Shown: positions 27,601-39,180 of the stretch, in pieces
Layout: each line of letters starts with the position of its first letter
Position numbering within the stretch: position 1 is the first letter of the stretch
From: Macrostomum lignano
Taxonomy: Eukaryota
Reading direction: 5' to 3'
Length of the DNA: 64,000 nt
NCBI GenBank assembly: GCA_002269645.1
Contig: NIVC01001861.1
Location: 164,840-228,839, forward strand
Notes under the pieces: model-generated
What the model saw: the letters and a program-made list of their open reading frames with translations, nothing else
The model's database searches: none
Told to the model about the DNA's origin: nothing
Translations under genes and position numbers: made by a program

Positions 27601-28465
27601 CGCGAAGTCCAGTCTTATCCATAACTTCATCGAGATTCGAGTCAATGGGAGCTGATCCCTGTGGATTTGCCGAATCACTTGATCTAGATCACTGAGGAAT
27701 TCCGACTGAACTCCTGAAATCTCATCCAGAACATTTTCATTTGGAAAACCTGAAATTTGGGTCTACAATTAGAATTTAGCAGTGTTCAAGGTGAAAAATT
27801 TCGGAAAATGCAGCCGGAACAGCTTTCCTTTTTCCCGAACTTTTGCAGGATCACATTTCCGGAAAAAGGGGCTATTCCGGGCTAAAAATGCTGATCCGGG
27901 CCTTCACTTGGAAATCAATTAATAAATCAGGCCTGGATCACGAAATTCTGAAAAAAATTATGGGTGAAAAGTACAACGGGTTCTTACAGACCGGATAACA
28001 CAAAGGCATCTTGATTGAAATCTTTTTCCATTATCTGGTTTGCAAACCAGATTCGCATCCTGTTATCCGGTAAATTTCAGATTCACACAGGTTTCTTACA
28101 GACTAGATAACGCACAGTTATCCTGATTTAAATCTTGTACTGTTATCTGTCTTTCAAACAAGATTCGCACCATGTTATCCTGTGAAAATCCGATTCAAAC
28201 AAGATTCAATCAACCAAGAAAACAAAAAATTATCTGGTGGCAAATCTTGTCATGTAATCTGATTTCTAAGCAAGATTCGGGCCATGTTATCTGGTGAAAT
28301 TCAGATAACTCACCAGATAACAGTCAAACAAGAAAACAAAAAATTACCTGGTGACGAATCTGGTGGTTTCACCAGTTTCGCACCTTAAACAAGGAAATCG
28401 GTAGTGAATCTGACAAGATTCGCAAATTATCTTGTGGTGTTATCTGGTTTATTTACCAGAGGGAG

Positions 28466-28575
28466 GGAAGGCACAGGGGAGATAACTAGAAAGGCACAAG
28501 GAAGAAGACAGGGAAGGCACAGAGGAGAAGACGGAAGGCACAGGGGAGAAGACAGGGAAAGCACAGGGAAGAGAC
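28466..28575. repeat. 23-bp purine-rich minisatellite, right part
   Basis: Same units as 23660-24115, resuming immediately after the right TIR. Confidence 0.85.
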
Positions 28576-29444
28576 CACGTTTAGTAAATCAGCAAATGAA
28601 GCATCGTTAACTACAGCGATTACAAGTATACAAAGTACAATGCAAATTAAAGTAAGCATGAGTACAATTTTATAGATATATTTATTTAACGCATCGAGTC
28701 AGCCTCACAATTGGGTCACTCGGTTTCATTGGCTGCTTCTTTCAAAAAAGCAATGTGCGATAAAGTTATGACACAATAATGCAATAAGATTACAGTATAC
28801 AGTATAAAGAGTTGCATTAACAGGTCCTTATGTAAGAAAAGTTAGCTAGCATTAAATTTACTTAAACAGGCTATTTATTAGTATAGGAACAAAAATGCTG
28901 CACACCTGATGGAATAATATTTTGTTTCAGAAATATAGAAGCTGTCTTATCACTGTCAAATTTCTGTTAGTAAACATTGCTAGCCAGGAAATTAGATTTT
29001 AAACTGAAACATGACTTTTTTTGCACGCAACGAACCAATTATTATGTTGGCTTGCCTCATCAAATTTAATTGCTTCCACTTAATTAATACAGCAAACAGC
29101 TTAGCTACAGGCAATAAAGCTATCTTATATCGGCTATACAAAATTGAAAAATGCGACACACAACTTTTCTGCCGGCAATCTAGTTAGAATAAGTCTACTA
29201 AAATGAAAATATGAAATTTCAATTCAAATTCGCGCTTAAACACGGGATGTTTTCGTGTCAATCGATGAGGATGAATTGAAGAATAATAAAAATAGATCTA
29301 CTCAGACTGTAGTCTGCAGTAAACAAGTTATAGTTTTGTTAAAATTTGAGCGCGCGAATTTGAAATGCATTTCATTGAATGAACATGCCGTTAGGACTGC
29401 CAGCTGCATGGCCATCGGGGATTGCTGAGCAGATTGATCGGTCA

Positions 29445-29900
29445 GTCAGTCAATGAATCAACCAGTCAAACAAATTGTTAACCAAACGATAAACAATCAA
29501 CCAACCAATCAATCAACAAATCAATCATCCAATCAACCAATCAATAACCAAATCAACAAATCAATCACCTAATTACCCAATCAATCAACCATTCAGTCAA
29601 CCAATCAATCAACAAATCAATCATCCAATCAACCAATCAATAACCAAATCAACAAATCAATCACCCAATCAACCAATCAATCAACCAATCAACCAACCAA
29701 TCAACAAACCAATCAACAAACCAATCAACAAATCAATCACCCAATCAACCAATCAATGACCAAATCAACAAATCAATCACCCAATCAACCAACCAATCAA
29801 CCAATCAATCAACAAACCAATCAACAAATCAATCACCCAATCAACCAACCAATCAACAAATCAATCACCCAATCACCTAATCAATCAATTAACCAACTAA
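29445..29900. repeat. (CAAT/CAAC)n degenerate microsatellite
   Basis: Continuous AATC/AACC tetramers. Confidence 0.92.
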
Positions 29901-29931
29901 AAGCTAATAAATCAGTGGAACAATTAACTAA

Positions 29932-32900
29932 TCAATTATCCGGCTTCGAAGATTTCATCGAATCCACGTAGCCCCTGGACATTCGCGCTCGAAACGCTGT
30001 GAATGGATCGGCGGCAGCGGAGCCTCCCCGCCGGTTGCCGCCGCCAGTTGCCGAGCCAGTTGATGAACACTCCGCGCCAAGGCCCAGTCGATCTTCTGAG
30101 GACGCCGCCGGCCTGTCGAAAGCGGCGCCGCCTGCTCGTCGGGGCGCGAATCCGCCGCGCGGCCCAACAACCAGAGCGCCGATAGCGCGCGGCATCCGAC
30201 TGCTCGACGAAGCCGAAGCCGATGGACGATTGACGCGGCCGGCTGACGTGAACGAAGGCGGACTGGGCGACCGCGAGCCGGCAGCAGCAACTCCACCTTC
30301 GCCGCCGCCTGCGCCGCCTCGACTATTGGAGGCCGAACGGCTGCGGCTGCGACTAGGGCTTCGGCTTCGGCTTCGGCTGTCGCTGCGGCTGCGACTCCGG
30401 CTGCGGCTTCGACTTCTGCTGCGACTGCGACTGCGGCTCCGGCTGCGACTCCGGCTGCGGCTTCTGCTGTCTCCGCTGTCACTGTGTATGCTGCGGGCTC
30501 GACGCGACAAGAAGCCGAGAGTGGCGCCCGGGCCGGCCCGGCTAGGCGGACTCGACGGGTTGCCGCCGCTGCCGCTGCCGCCACCGCCGCCGCCGCCGCT
30601 TCCTCCGCCGTTGCCGTCGCCGCGATGCCGCCTCTCTTTGGCTCGCTCCTCTAGCCAGTCGTCGCGCTCAAACACGCGGCCCTCCGCTGTCTCGCCGTCG
30701 GCTTTAGTAGCGGCCAGCAGCGATTTCCTAGCCCGATCCTTGGCCTTGTAGAATTCGAATAAACCGAGCCGCTCCCAGCCTTCGGAGTCGCGCGGACTGT
30801 CGTGCGACGGCGGCGCCGAATAGGAGTCTAGTGCGGCCCGGATGAACTCGCTGATGGGATGGCGAGCGGGCAGCATGAGCTGGTCGGGATCCAGCTCTGT
30901 ATAGGCGGTGGCGTGCAGCGGTATTAGCGGCACCATTAAACTGGCCGGCTGTTGGTAATAAGGCGCCTGAGGCTTCTCCGGCTTGGATATGAGAGCGGCC
31001 GGCGGCGGCAGCAGCGGCTGCGGTGGCGGCGGTGGCTGGCCGGGCGCGAACCCAGGCGGAGGCCTGGAGAGGTCCGGCAGAGGCAGCAGGCCGCCGGGTT
31101 TATTTGGACCGAAATTGCTATTGGAAGCTGTTGAATTCAAAGACTGCGTAGCAGTGGAGGAAGAGGCGGCGGGCACCGACAAAGGGACAGACGCAGCGCT
31201 CTCGGAGGACCTGGCGGCGGCAGCGGCGGCGGCGGCAGCGGCCTGCCCGATGATCTGCTGCACCCTGGTCCGCTGCTGCTCGATCTGGTCGCGCAGATGC
31301 TTCTCAAACTCCGTGTGCTGCCGTTGCAACTCCTCGCACTTGGCTTGACATTGGATTCGAATCTGGGACGCCTCCTGCGCCAAGTCCGACTCGGCAAGGC
31401 GGTCCTGACGCCACTTGGCGTAGGCGGCCTCGCAGTCGGAAGACAGGGCCTGAGTCACCGCCTCGGGAAAGTAGGCGTTCTGCACCCACAGTGAGCGAAC
31501 CTTCTCCAGCTTCTGGGCACGTTCGGGGTCGCTTGCTACTAGCTTGTGCGCCTGGCTGAACATTGGGACTATCACCGCCTGCGGTGGGTGATGGGGAACG
31601 ATAGATTTTTAGTTTATTGATTGCATGAGTATTTATTAACATTCATGTCAAATTTTTGGACAATTCACTTTTTAAAAAAACTAGAAATCCGACAGTTGAC
31701 GTTTCCAATAACACCGAAAAATTTACGTTCTTAATAACACCGGAATATTTACGTTCTAAATAACACCGGAAATTTTCCATTTTTAATACCGAAATATTTA
31801 CATTCTTTACACCTGAAAATTTGCAGAGGTAACTACACCAAATTTGAAATTTTGTATTCCGAATGACTAAAGAAAATTTAGATTAGCTATAAACCCGGAA
31901 AATTTATATTTCAAACAAACAACTACAGCGTTCACATTTAAAGAATAAATCCGGAAAATTAATGTTACGAATAAAATACGGATCATTGCATAAACCTTCA
32001 TATTTTGTAAATCCTGAATCTATTTACCTTTTTAAAGGGCCCTAGGCCTTCTGTATTGTCCTTAACATTCTTCCGTCATTTTATAATTATCTCAAGAGAC
32101 CGGAGTCTATTTGAAAATCTGTTAACAAAGGAATGTACAAATAGACAATTCTCGAAATGAAACGGGAATATAAGATGAGGAATATTTGAAGATCTGACTA
32201 ATAGCTTAACAGGATTCCCACTGCCATTGGCCCGTGCTCTTGCCAGTTCTGAATTAAGAAAGAAATAGAGTGCAGCTTTCTTCAAGCGCATTTGTTGCAC
32301 ACACGGAAATTCTAGACAGTAAGCCTGTGCAGAGTATCGATTTTTTTATTTTAACACCTCAACACAAAAGAAAAATTCAAGACGCTTCGCTTCCTTAGAG
32401 ACCAGAGAGGACTGTTGAAGGGCCAAAATTTCTTTGATCTAATTTAATTAGCTCACAATTTTTCCTGATTTATTTCTGCCTTCTGTGTTCTCATTGCAAT
32501 TTTTCTAATTGACGCTACCATCTCTTGTTTAACCTCTCAGTCCTTCTGCTGTTCCTCTTCCAGTCTTCTTCTGCTGTTCCCTTCCAGCAGTCTTATTCTG
32601 CTGTTCTCCTTCCAGTCTTATTCTGCTGTTCTCCTTCCAGTCTTATTCTGCTGTTCTCCTTCCAGTCTTCTCTGCTTCCCCATCCAGTCTTCTCTGCTGC
32701 TCCCTTCCAGTCTTCTCTGCTGCTCCCTTCCAGTCTTCTGCTGTTCCCCATCCAGTCTTCTTCTGCTGTTCCCTTCCAGTCTTCTCTGCTGCTCCCTTCC
32801 AGTCTTCTCTGCTTCCCCATCCAGTCTTCTTCTGCTGTTCCCATCCAGTCTTCTCTGCTGCTCCCTTCCAGTCTTCTCTGCTTCCCCATCCAGTCTTCTC

Positions 32901-35855
32901 TGCTGCTCCCTTCCAGTCTTCTCTGCTTCCCCATCCAGTCTTCTTCTGCTGTTCCCATCCAGTCTTCTCTGCAGCTCCCTTCCAGTCTTCTCTGCTGTTC
33001 CCATCCAGTCTTCTCTGCTGCTCCCTTCCAGTCTTCTCTGCTGCTCCCTTCCAGTCTTCTCTGCTGTTCCCTTCCAGTCTTCTCTGCTTCCCCATCCAGT
33101 CTTCTCTGCTGCTCCCTTCCAGTCTTCTCTGCTTCCCCATCCAGTCTTCTCTGCTGCTCCCTTCCAGTCTTCTCTGCTGCTCCCTTCCAGTCTTCTCTGC
33201 TGTTCCCTTCCAGTCTTCTCTGCTTCCCCATCCAGTCTTCTCTGCTGCTCCCTTCCAGTCTTCTCTGCTGCTCCCTTCCAGTCTTCTCTGCTGTTCCCTT
33301 CCAGTCTTCTCTGCTTCCCCATCCAGTCTTCTCTGCTGCTCCCTTCCAGTCTTCTCTGCTGCTCCCATCCAGTCTTCTCTGCTGCTCCCTTCCAGTCTTC
33401 TCTGCTGTTCCCTTCCAGTCTTCTCTGCTTCCCCATCCAGTCTTCTCTGCTGCTCCCTTCCAGTCTTCTCTGCTTCCCCATCCAGTCTTCTCTGCTGTTC
33501 CCTTCCAGTCTTCTCTGCTGCTCCCTTCCAGTCTTCTCTGCTGTTCCCCATCCAGTCTTCTCTGCTGTTCCCTTCCAGTCTTCTCTGCTGCTCCCTTCCA
33601 GTCTCCTGTTGTTCCGTTTTTTCTCTTCATCATTTCACTCTCTTTTTCGAATAATAATAACTATTTCGCACGCAATGTTTTTATCTTGCTGATCATTTTT
33701 ATGACTTCAGTTATTGCTTTAAAATTCCGACATAAGCAGAGCTTTTAAATAGCAAAAAGCAAATTTAAAAAAAGTTATGCGTTGCATTCGTTTCTTAACG
33801 AACCGGGAAAAGAGAACTGAGAAACCCTTGCAAAAACATTATGATTGCCCCTGTGTCAGCAGAAAATGTAAAGAAGGGAGCAATGAAGCATTAAAAAGTT
33901 GTACAACCTTCTTGTGCACCGTTGCTTTTAGCTTTTTTAGGTCGCACTAGCATGCTAAGGAAATGCCTTTCTTGCCTGTGTTTGTCTCCACTTGTCGCGC
34001 AGGAATCACGCAAAATAAATCATGTGAACCCCTCTTTTTCACTTCATCTCTTCGCTGTAGCAAGCAGGCTAGAGAAATAAAATATAAAGAAACACAGTGA
34101 TCCGATTACTGTTGCGCTAGCATCAGACACTGAAATCTATTGACAGGCTTTAGGGAGGCGAGTCATTCTGCCTTCAACACACACGCACAGCTGTTGTTAA
34201 TCCCCCTACAGTTGTTTGGTTCGGCTCACCTCAAGCTTTCGGGCCTCAGCTTGAGCATTCAGCTTCCCTACCTGCATTCAGCCTCCCCATCTGCATTCAG
34301 CCTCCCCATCTGCATTCAGCTTCCCCATCTGCATTTAGCCCCCACTCAATCTTCATTTCTTATTCAATATTCATCTCCCACTCAATCCTTGTCAATCATA
34401 ATCTCTTACTCAATCATAATTTTCTACTCGATCATAATTTCCTACTCAATCGTCATCTCCTACTCAGTACTCAATCATCATTTCCTATTCAGTCATCATT
34501 TCCTACTCAGTCATCATTTCCTACTCAATCATCATTTCCTACTCAGTCATCATTTCCTACTCAGTCATCATTTCCTACTCAATCATCATCTCCTACTCAA
34601 CCATGATTTCCTACTCAATCGTCATCTCCTACTCAACCATGATTTCCTACTCAATCGTCATCTCCTACTCAGTCATATTCTACTCAATTTTCATCTCCTA
34701 CTCAAATCATCAACTCCTACTCGATCATCAACTCCTACTCGGTCATCTCCTACTTAATTATCAACTCCTACTCAATCTTCATCTCCTATTCAATCATCAT
34801 CTCCTACTCAATCATCATCTCCTACTCAATAATTATCTCCTACTCAATCATCAAATCCTACTCAATCATCTCCTACTCAAGGCACATGAACTGTAACAAA
34901 CATAACAGTTATACAAATCATCCTATATATTAAAAATATATACTAAAAATGAAAATTATACATAACAAACCTGCAAAGCGCCAATCAGAGATTCCGCATT
35001 GCGTCGCCTACAATGATGCAACAGATCATTAACCAGGTAGATCAGATGCAGCCTAGGCGCGAATTCTTGTCCCAAAGCGATTGAACGAGCTAATAGAAAA
35101 TTAGCAAATACTTCGGTGGCGGCTGAATTCTGTGCACGGTCTAGCATCCAATTCTTAGCGGCGCTGATGTTCTCTTTAGTGCAAGCGTCAACTACAGGCT
35201 GAACTGCGGCGTCAATCTCTTCTAATGACATGCTCATCACGGTGCACAGAGAATGCAATTGTTCCAGTCGGCGACGGTTAATTAACTCGTCAGATTGCTG
35301 CTCCTGCGAGGCGATTGCTGCTTCGAATTGGGCGGTTAAATTTGTCTCGCTCTGGCTTAGCCTCTGTTCAGCATTTACTAACATCTGTTGCAGAGTCTGC
35401 TGCTCAGCCTGAGACTGTTGCTGCAGCATAGCAGCCGCAGCGGCCGCCTGTTGCTGCTGCTGTTGAAAAGATGCAATCGGCGGACCGGATGGCGGCAGTG
35501 CCGGCGGCGGCAAACTGAATGGCGGCGGCGGCGGCGGCGGCTGAGTCGTCATCTGCATCGGCATTGACGTCATCGGCGGCTGCTGCGGCGGCTGCTGCAA
35601 CGGCGGACCGGGCATCAGTGGCCGGATTCCCCCACTACTGGCAGTGGACGATGCTGGCGGAGAGAATCTGTGTATGGCGCCTATGGCACCTATGGGCGGC
35701 CTGGGCGATTCTAAAATGCTCCCGCCGCCGCCGCCAGAGGAGTCCCAACGACTGCCACCACCAGAGCTGGACTGAGATCGGCTGCCCCAGCGACTGCCGC
35801 TCCCACTACCGCTGCCGCCATTATCCCATTGGCTATTTGATCCCCTGGAGTGCAT
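29932..35855 (-). CDS. CHERP: Calcium homeostasis ER protein CHERP/SCAF6-like splicing factor (CID domain, RS region); exons 35855-34971 and 31578-29932
   Basis: CID: QPVVDACTKENISAAKNWM...RLHLIYLVNDLLHHCRRR...ALQ|AVIVPMF...EKVRSLWVQNAYF. CHERP-specific block PYYQQPASLMVPL...PPSHDSPRDSEGWERLGLFEFYKAK, RS repeat, C-terminal DPF..FR motif. Junction CAG|GTTTGT to CCGCAG|GCG is phase 0. Confidence 0.92.
32530..33605. repeat. 21-23-bp pyrimidine-rich minisatellite in CHERP intron
   Basis: Unit TTCCAGTCTTCTCTGCTGCTCCC and variant ATCCAGTCTTCTCTGCTTCCCC. Confidence 0.95.
34270..34880. repeat. Degenerate 18-bp minisatellite in CHERP intron
   Basis: CCTACTCA(A/G)TCATCAT(T/C)T at period 18 (34502, 34520, 34538, 34556). 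Confidence 0.9.
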
Positions 35856-35939
35856 TGTCGTCTAATTCTGATTAGAATGCTAATTGGCGTTGCTGTTAGG
35901 TTTCTCCGATTCAGTGTGAATCTGGAAAATTTAGTTTTT

Positions 35940-38900
35940 AGCAGTTATCTGTTTTAGCCTACTGCAAGTAGTAAACAGGAAAAACATTGTTTTGGCTTAA
36001 GTTAAGAAATAAATCTAACAAAAATGGATTTGATACAGAAAGCTTCAAAGTAATGAACTTAGATCATTTGTATTAATATATTCTGATATTTTGATTCTTC
36101 ATGGCACTTTTTTCTCTTTTTACTCAGCTACTATAAATCACAATTTTTGCTAAGAACTTGTATTTGATAAACTTTTCTTATGATCCTATCCCTTTTTAAC
36201 TAAAATTAATAACAAATTAAAGATTTTTTCTTTGTTTTTGGGTAAGTTGCAAAATATTCCTATACTCAGCCAATGCAATAGGTTTAGTTATTTAAATTGA
36301 TTATTGTTTTTATAGTTTGAGATCTACTTTTTTAATATAATTTTACTTAGTTAGTCCTATCAATAAATAGCTTTTTAACTGCTATTTGTTCAACAAGTAT
36401 TATTTGCAGAACTTCTGTAAGGTGCTAATTTATAGTTGCTTTGGTAGGAATAAATTTTTGCAATAGACACTTTAATTATTATGAACCTGAAATGAACAAG
36501 TGGGTGCAGTTTAGGTGAAGTCTCACTATCTATTTTCCTTTTAAGACTTATTTGCACTTTTCACTTTAAGAAATTACACTTTTAGCCTTAAAATTGCACC
36601 TTGAAATTAAGCACTAGGTGCCACTTTGCACCCTGTCTTTGGCAAAAACCCAGGGCACTTCAATGATAATCATTTTGTGTCCTATTAGAATAAATTTAGA
36701 AAACCTATAGATATATAACATAATATAGCATAAGTGCCAAAAATAATATATTGTAATAGTTAAACTACTATATAACTAACATTAAAAGCATATATAGATT
36801 CGAACATGTGCTTTATAGCCATTACCTTGTCATGCTTTATAAGAGCTATATGTCTAATAAATAAACTTTTACTTTCTTTCTCTTATAATTTCCTTTATCA
36901 AGCCTTTAAAAATAAGGTCTATACCAAAAAGAAGCTTTCTATATATGCCATTTAATGCATTAATAGTTTAGCTCAAAGCCATATAGGCAATAGTTTTATA
37001 CAAGCCTATAAACAAATGTATAAATAATGGCAACTTATATAGGCTCTTTGTACTTGGCATATGTAATAGAATTGTGATTTTTTATTATATACAAAATAAT
37101 TTCTACTTGTTACTTTATGATTTTTTAACCTATGGCATACAATTTTTTGCCTTAAACTATACAAGTTTTTTGGCTTCTGAATTTTACAAGAAACATTTTA
37201 TCAGTTTTTCCATACTAAATTTTATTAAATATCTAAAAGATTAGAATTTTTTTCTTTAATATTAATTTAGTACTCTGTGGCTTTGCTTTTTAATGCAATA
37301 ACTTTTGTTTTATGTGTAACAAGTGTATTATGCAACATTTTAAAATGAAATCCCATAAGATTCTTATGATTACAAAAAACCTACATATATAAACCTTTTA
37401 ATTATACAAGTTTGCCAAAAATGTGTGCACAAATGCTCAACTATTTATTAACCTAAATGTAACATGTCTAAGATTTTGCACAAAAATTATATCTTGGATT
37501 ATAGACCTCTTCATTTTGTTTTATATATGTGTTCTAAGAGAAAGTTCTGGGGGTTTTTAATCTCTATCAATGCCATGTATTTGTTCTAGTGGTCTTTGTT
37601 GATTTTGTCATTCTAGGCCCTACTGCTAACACTAAATTGTGATAGGGAATTCCAGTACTTCTTAAAGTTATAGGAGGGAGGGGGAAATTTTGTATCTATA
37701 TTGCTATAAAAAGTATGCTTGATTAATATTCTGGTAATGTAATTGTCCAAGGGGCAAAATAGTCTAAGTAAAGCTAAATTCAATCTAGGAAGAAGAGAAA
37801 AGGCTATGTAGTGGACTAGAGTTGCCTGGGAAACAAAGGTGCATAATCATAAAGGGTAATTCTAATAAAGAATGGCAATATGCTTAATGAAGAATTTGAT
37901 AAGGGTGGGATGCCTAATAGATAAAAAAGGAAGGATTTATAGCTTAAGGATAAACAAAAGGCCTGATGTCTAGAATGTCTAGAATGGCAAAAGGAGGCAG
38001 TATATCTAGAAGATAGAATGTCTAGTGAAAGGAGAAGCAACATACCTGTCAAATAGGACTAGTAATTGGCAAGGTTAGAGAGGCCCAAGAGGGCCTAAGC
38101 AAGATGCTAGGAGAAAGATCTATATATCTAGGAAAGAAAAGAGCAATATACCCCTAATCAATAGTATATTCTTAGATAAAGAGGCAGAATGTCTCAGAAT
38201 AAAAAACAATCAGCCAATTTTATTGTTAGTACTAAGATTGGCTCTTTCTTTTGGAGGCACTTTCAAGCATATTCACAAAGCAATCTGAACAGAATAAGGA
38301 TACAAGATATTGTTTTGTATATTTTAGCTATGTATTTAGGTTTAGTTATATAGAGATAAATTGCAAAAATGCCAAAAACTATTTTAATAAGAATTGTTAC
38401 TGTTTTTATGATAAAAAGATTGGTACTGTTATATATGCAAATATTACATTACTTAGGCCCTATTTATGCATTTAAACTTTTTTATTCAATTTTATGATGC
38501 AATTAGATTTAAACTTAAACTAAAGCTTTGTTGCATAATAATTTTTAGCTCAATTGCAAAATACATTGCAGTTTTTTTACCCTAGGCCTAGGCCCTAGTC
38601 AATAGCATTGTATTTCATACTATATATTTTAACTTCTAAAGACTCTAAGAATGCAAATTGTTTTCAAGGGAGTGCCTTCTTCTGACCAATAGAATTAAAA
38701 TTAAAATCTCCTAAGATAACTTCTATCCCTATTGCAGCCAAGGTCTGTATTGCACCAAATACCTCCCTTTTTATGCCAGCTAATAGTCTAGAGGTTTAGG
38801 GTTGTTGTGACAATGCAATAAAGGACTCTTCATTTTTTGGGGTTGCTGCTACACAATGTACAATTATTTGCTTAAATAGTAGTACATTTTAGTCATGTTT

Positions 38901-39180
38901 TATGCGCATATATTTAGCCTTTAGGCCTACACAGTGACAGCTTAGGCATAAATTTCAAATTAAGCATTTGATTACAAAATGACATTAAATCCCATATCAA
39001 TCCCATATCAAAAGCCCATATGTATGAATTCAGTTTATGTGCGCTGGTCACTGCAGTTTCAAAGAAAAGTAAACTAAAAAGATTTGATTGATAAAACAAA
39101 ACATTTTTAGTTAAGAAAAGCCCATATTTTTGTATTAAAGTTTAACAGTATTTTTGCAAAATAAAAATTTTCATTTTTGA
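35940..39180. other. AT-rich block almost devoid of CpG
   Basis: Manual scan finds about 3 CG dinucleotides in 3.2 kb (near 36801, 38905, 39042), with CG-rich DNA on both sides. Confidence 0.85.

Larger units (their letters stand above)
24116..28465. mobile_element. Non-autonomous 4.35-kb DNA transposon with 39-bp perfect TIRs, subterminal repeats and internal cargo (EnSpm/CACTA-like structure)
   Basis: 24116-24154 CTCCCTCTGGTAAATAAACCAGATAACACCACAAGATAA is the exact reverse complement of 28427-28465. Both arms are dense in GATAAC/GTTATC and AAGATTC motifs. The same 23-bp array resumes in register on both sides (...AGAAGACAG | GGAAGGCACAG...). No transposase ORF and no clear TSD. Confidence 0.8.
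21097..28660 (+). pseudogene. Decayed multi-exon gene of unknown product, interrupted by three minisatellites and a TIR element
   Basis: Acceptor TTCTAG at 21096 opens ASVECLVQ...LVMATKGG; after a frameshift RVRMKKIELVESGTAELHFKVLNLKAGTLILT [array] AVALKPAAGFDLIIKKAYTDF...CHQ|GTGAG (22246). Further coding-like stretches at 22350-23340 (one TAA, one frameshift), 23457-23660 and 28565-28650 ending AAA|GTAAGC. Hand reconstruction only. Confidence 0.4.

Noticed and set aside
29955-31494. Antisense and alternate-frame ORFs over GC-rich exons (also over NEK, globin, EF-hand and giant exons)
   Set aside because: Shadow ORFs expected from high GC and stop-poor codon usage; no independent features.
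32525-34896. ORFs of 200-407 aa in the CHERP intron
   Set aside because: Periodic products of 18-23-bp arrays, open in several frames at once.
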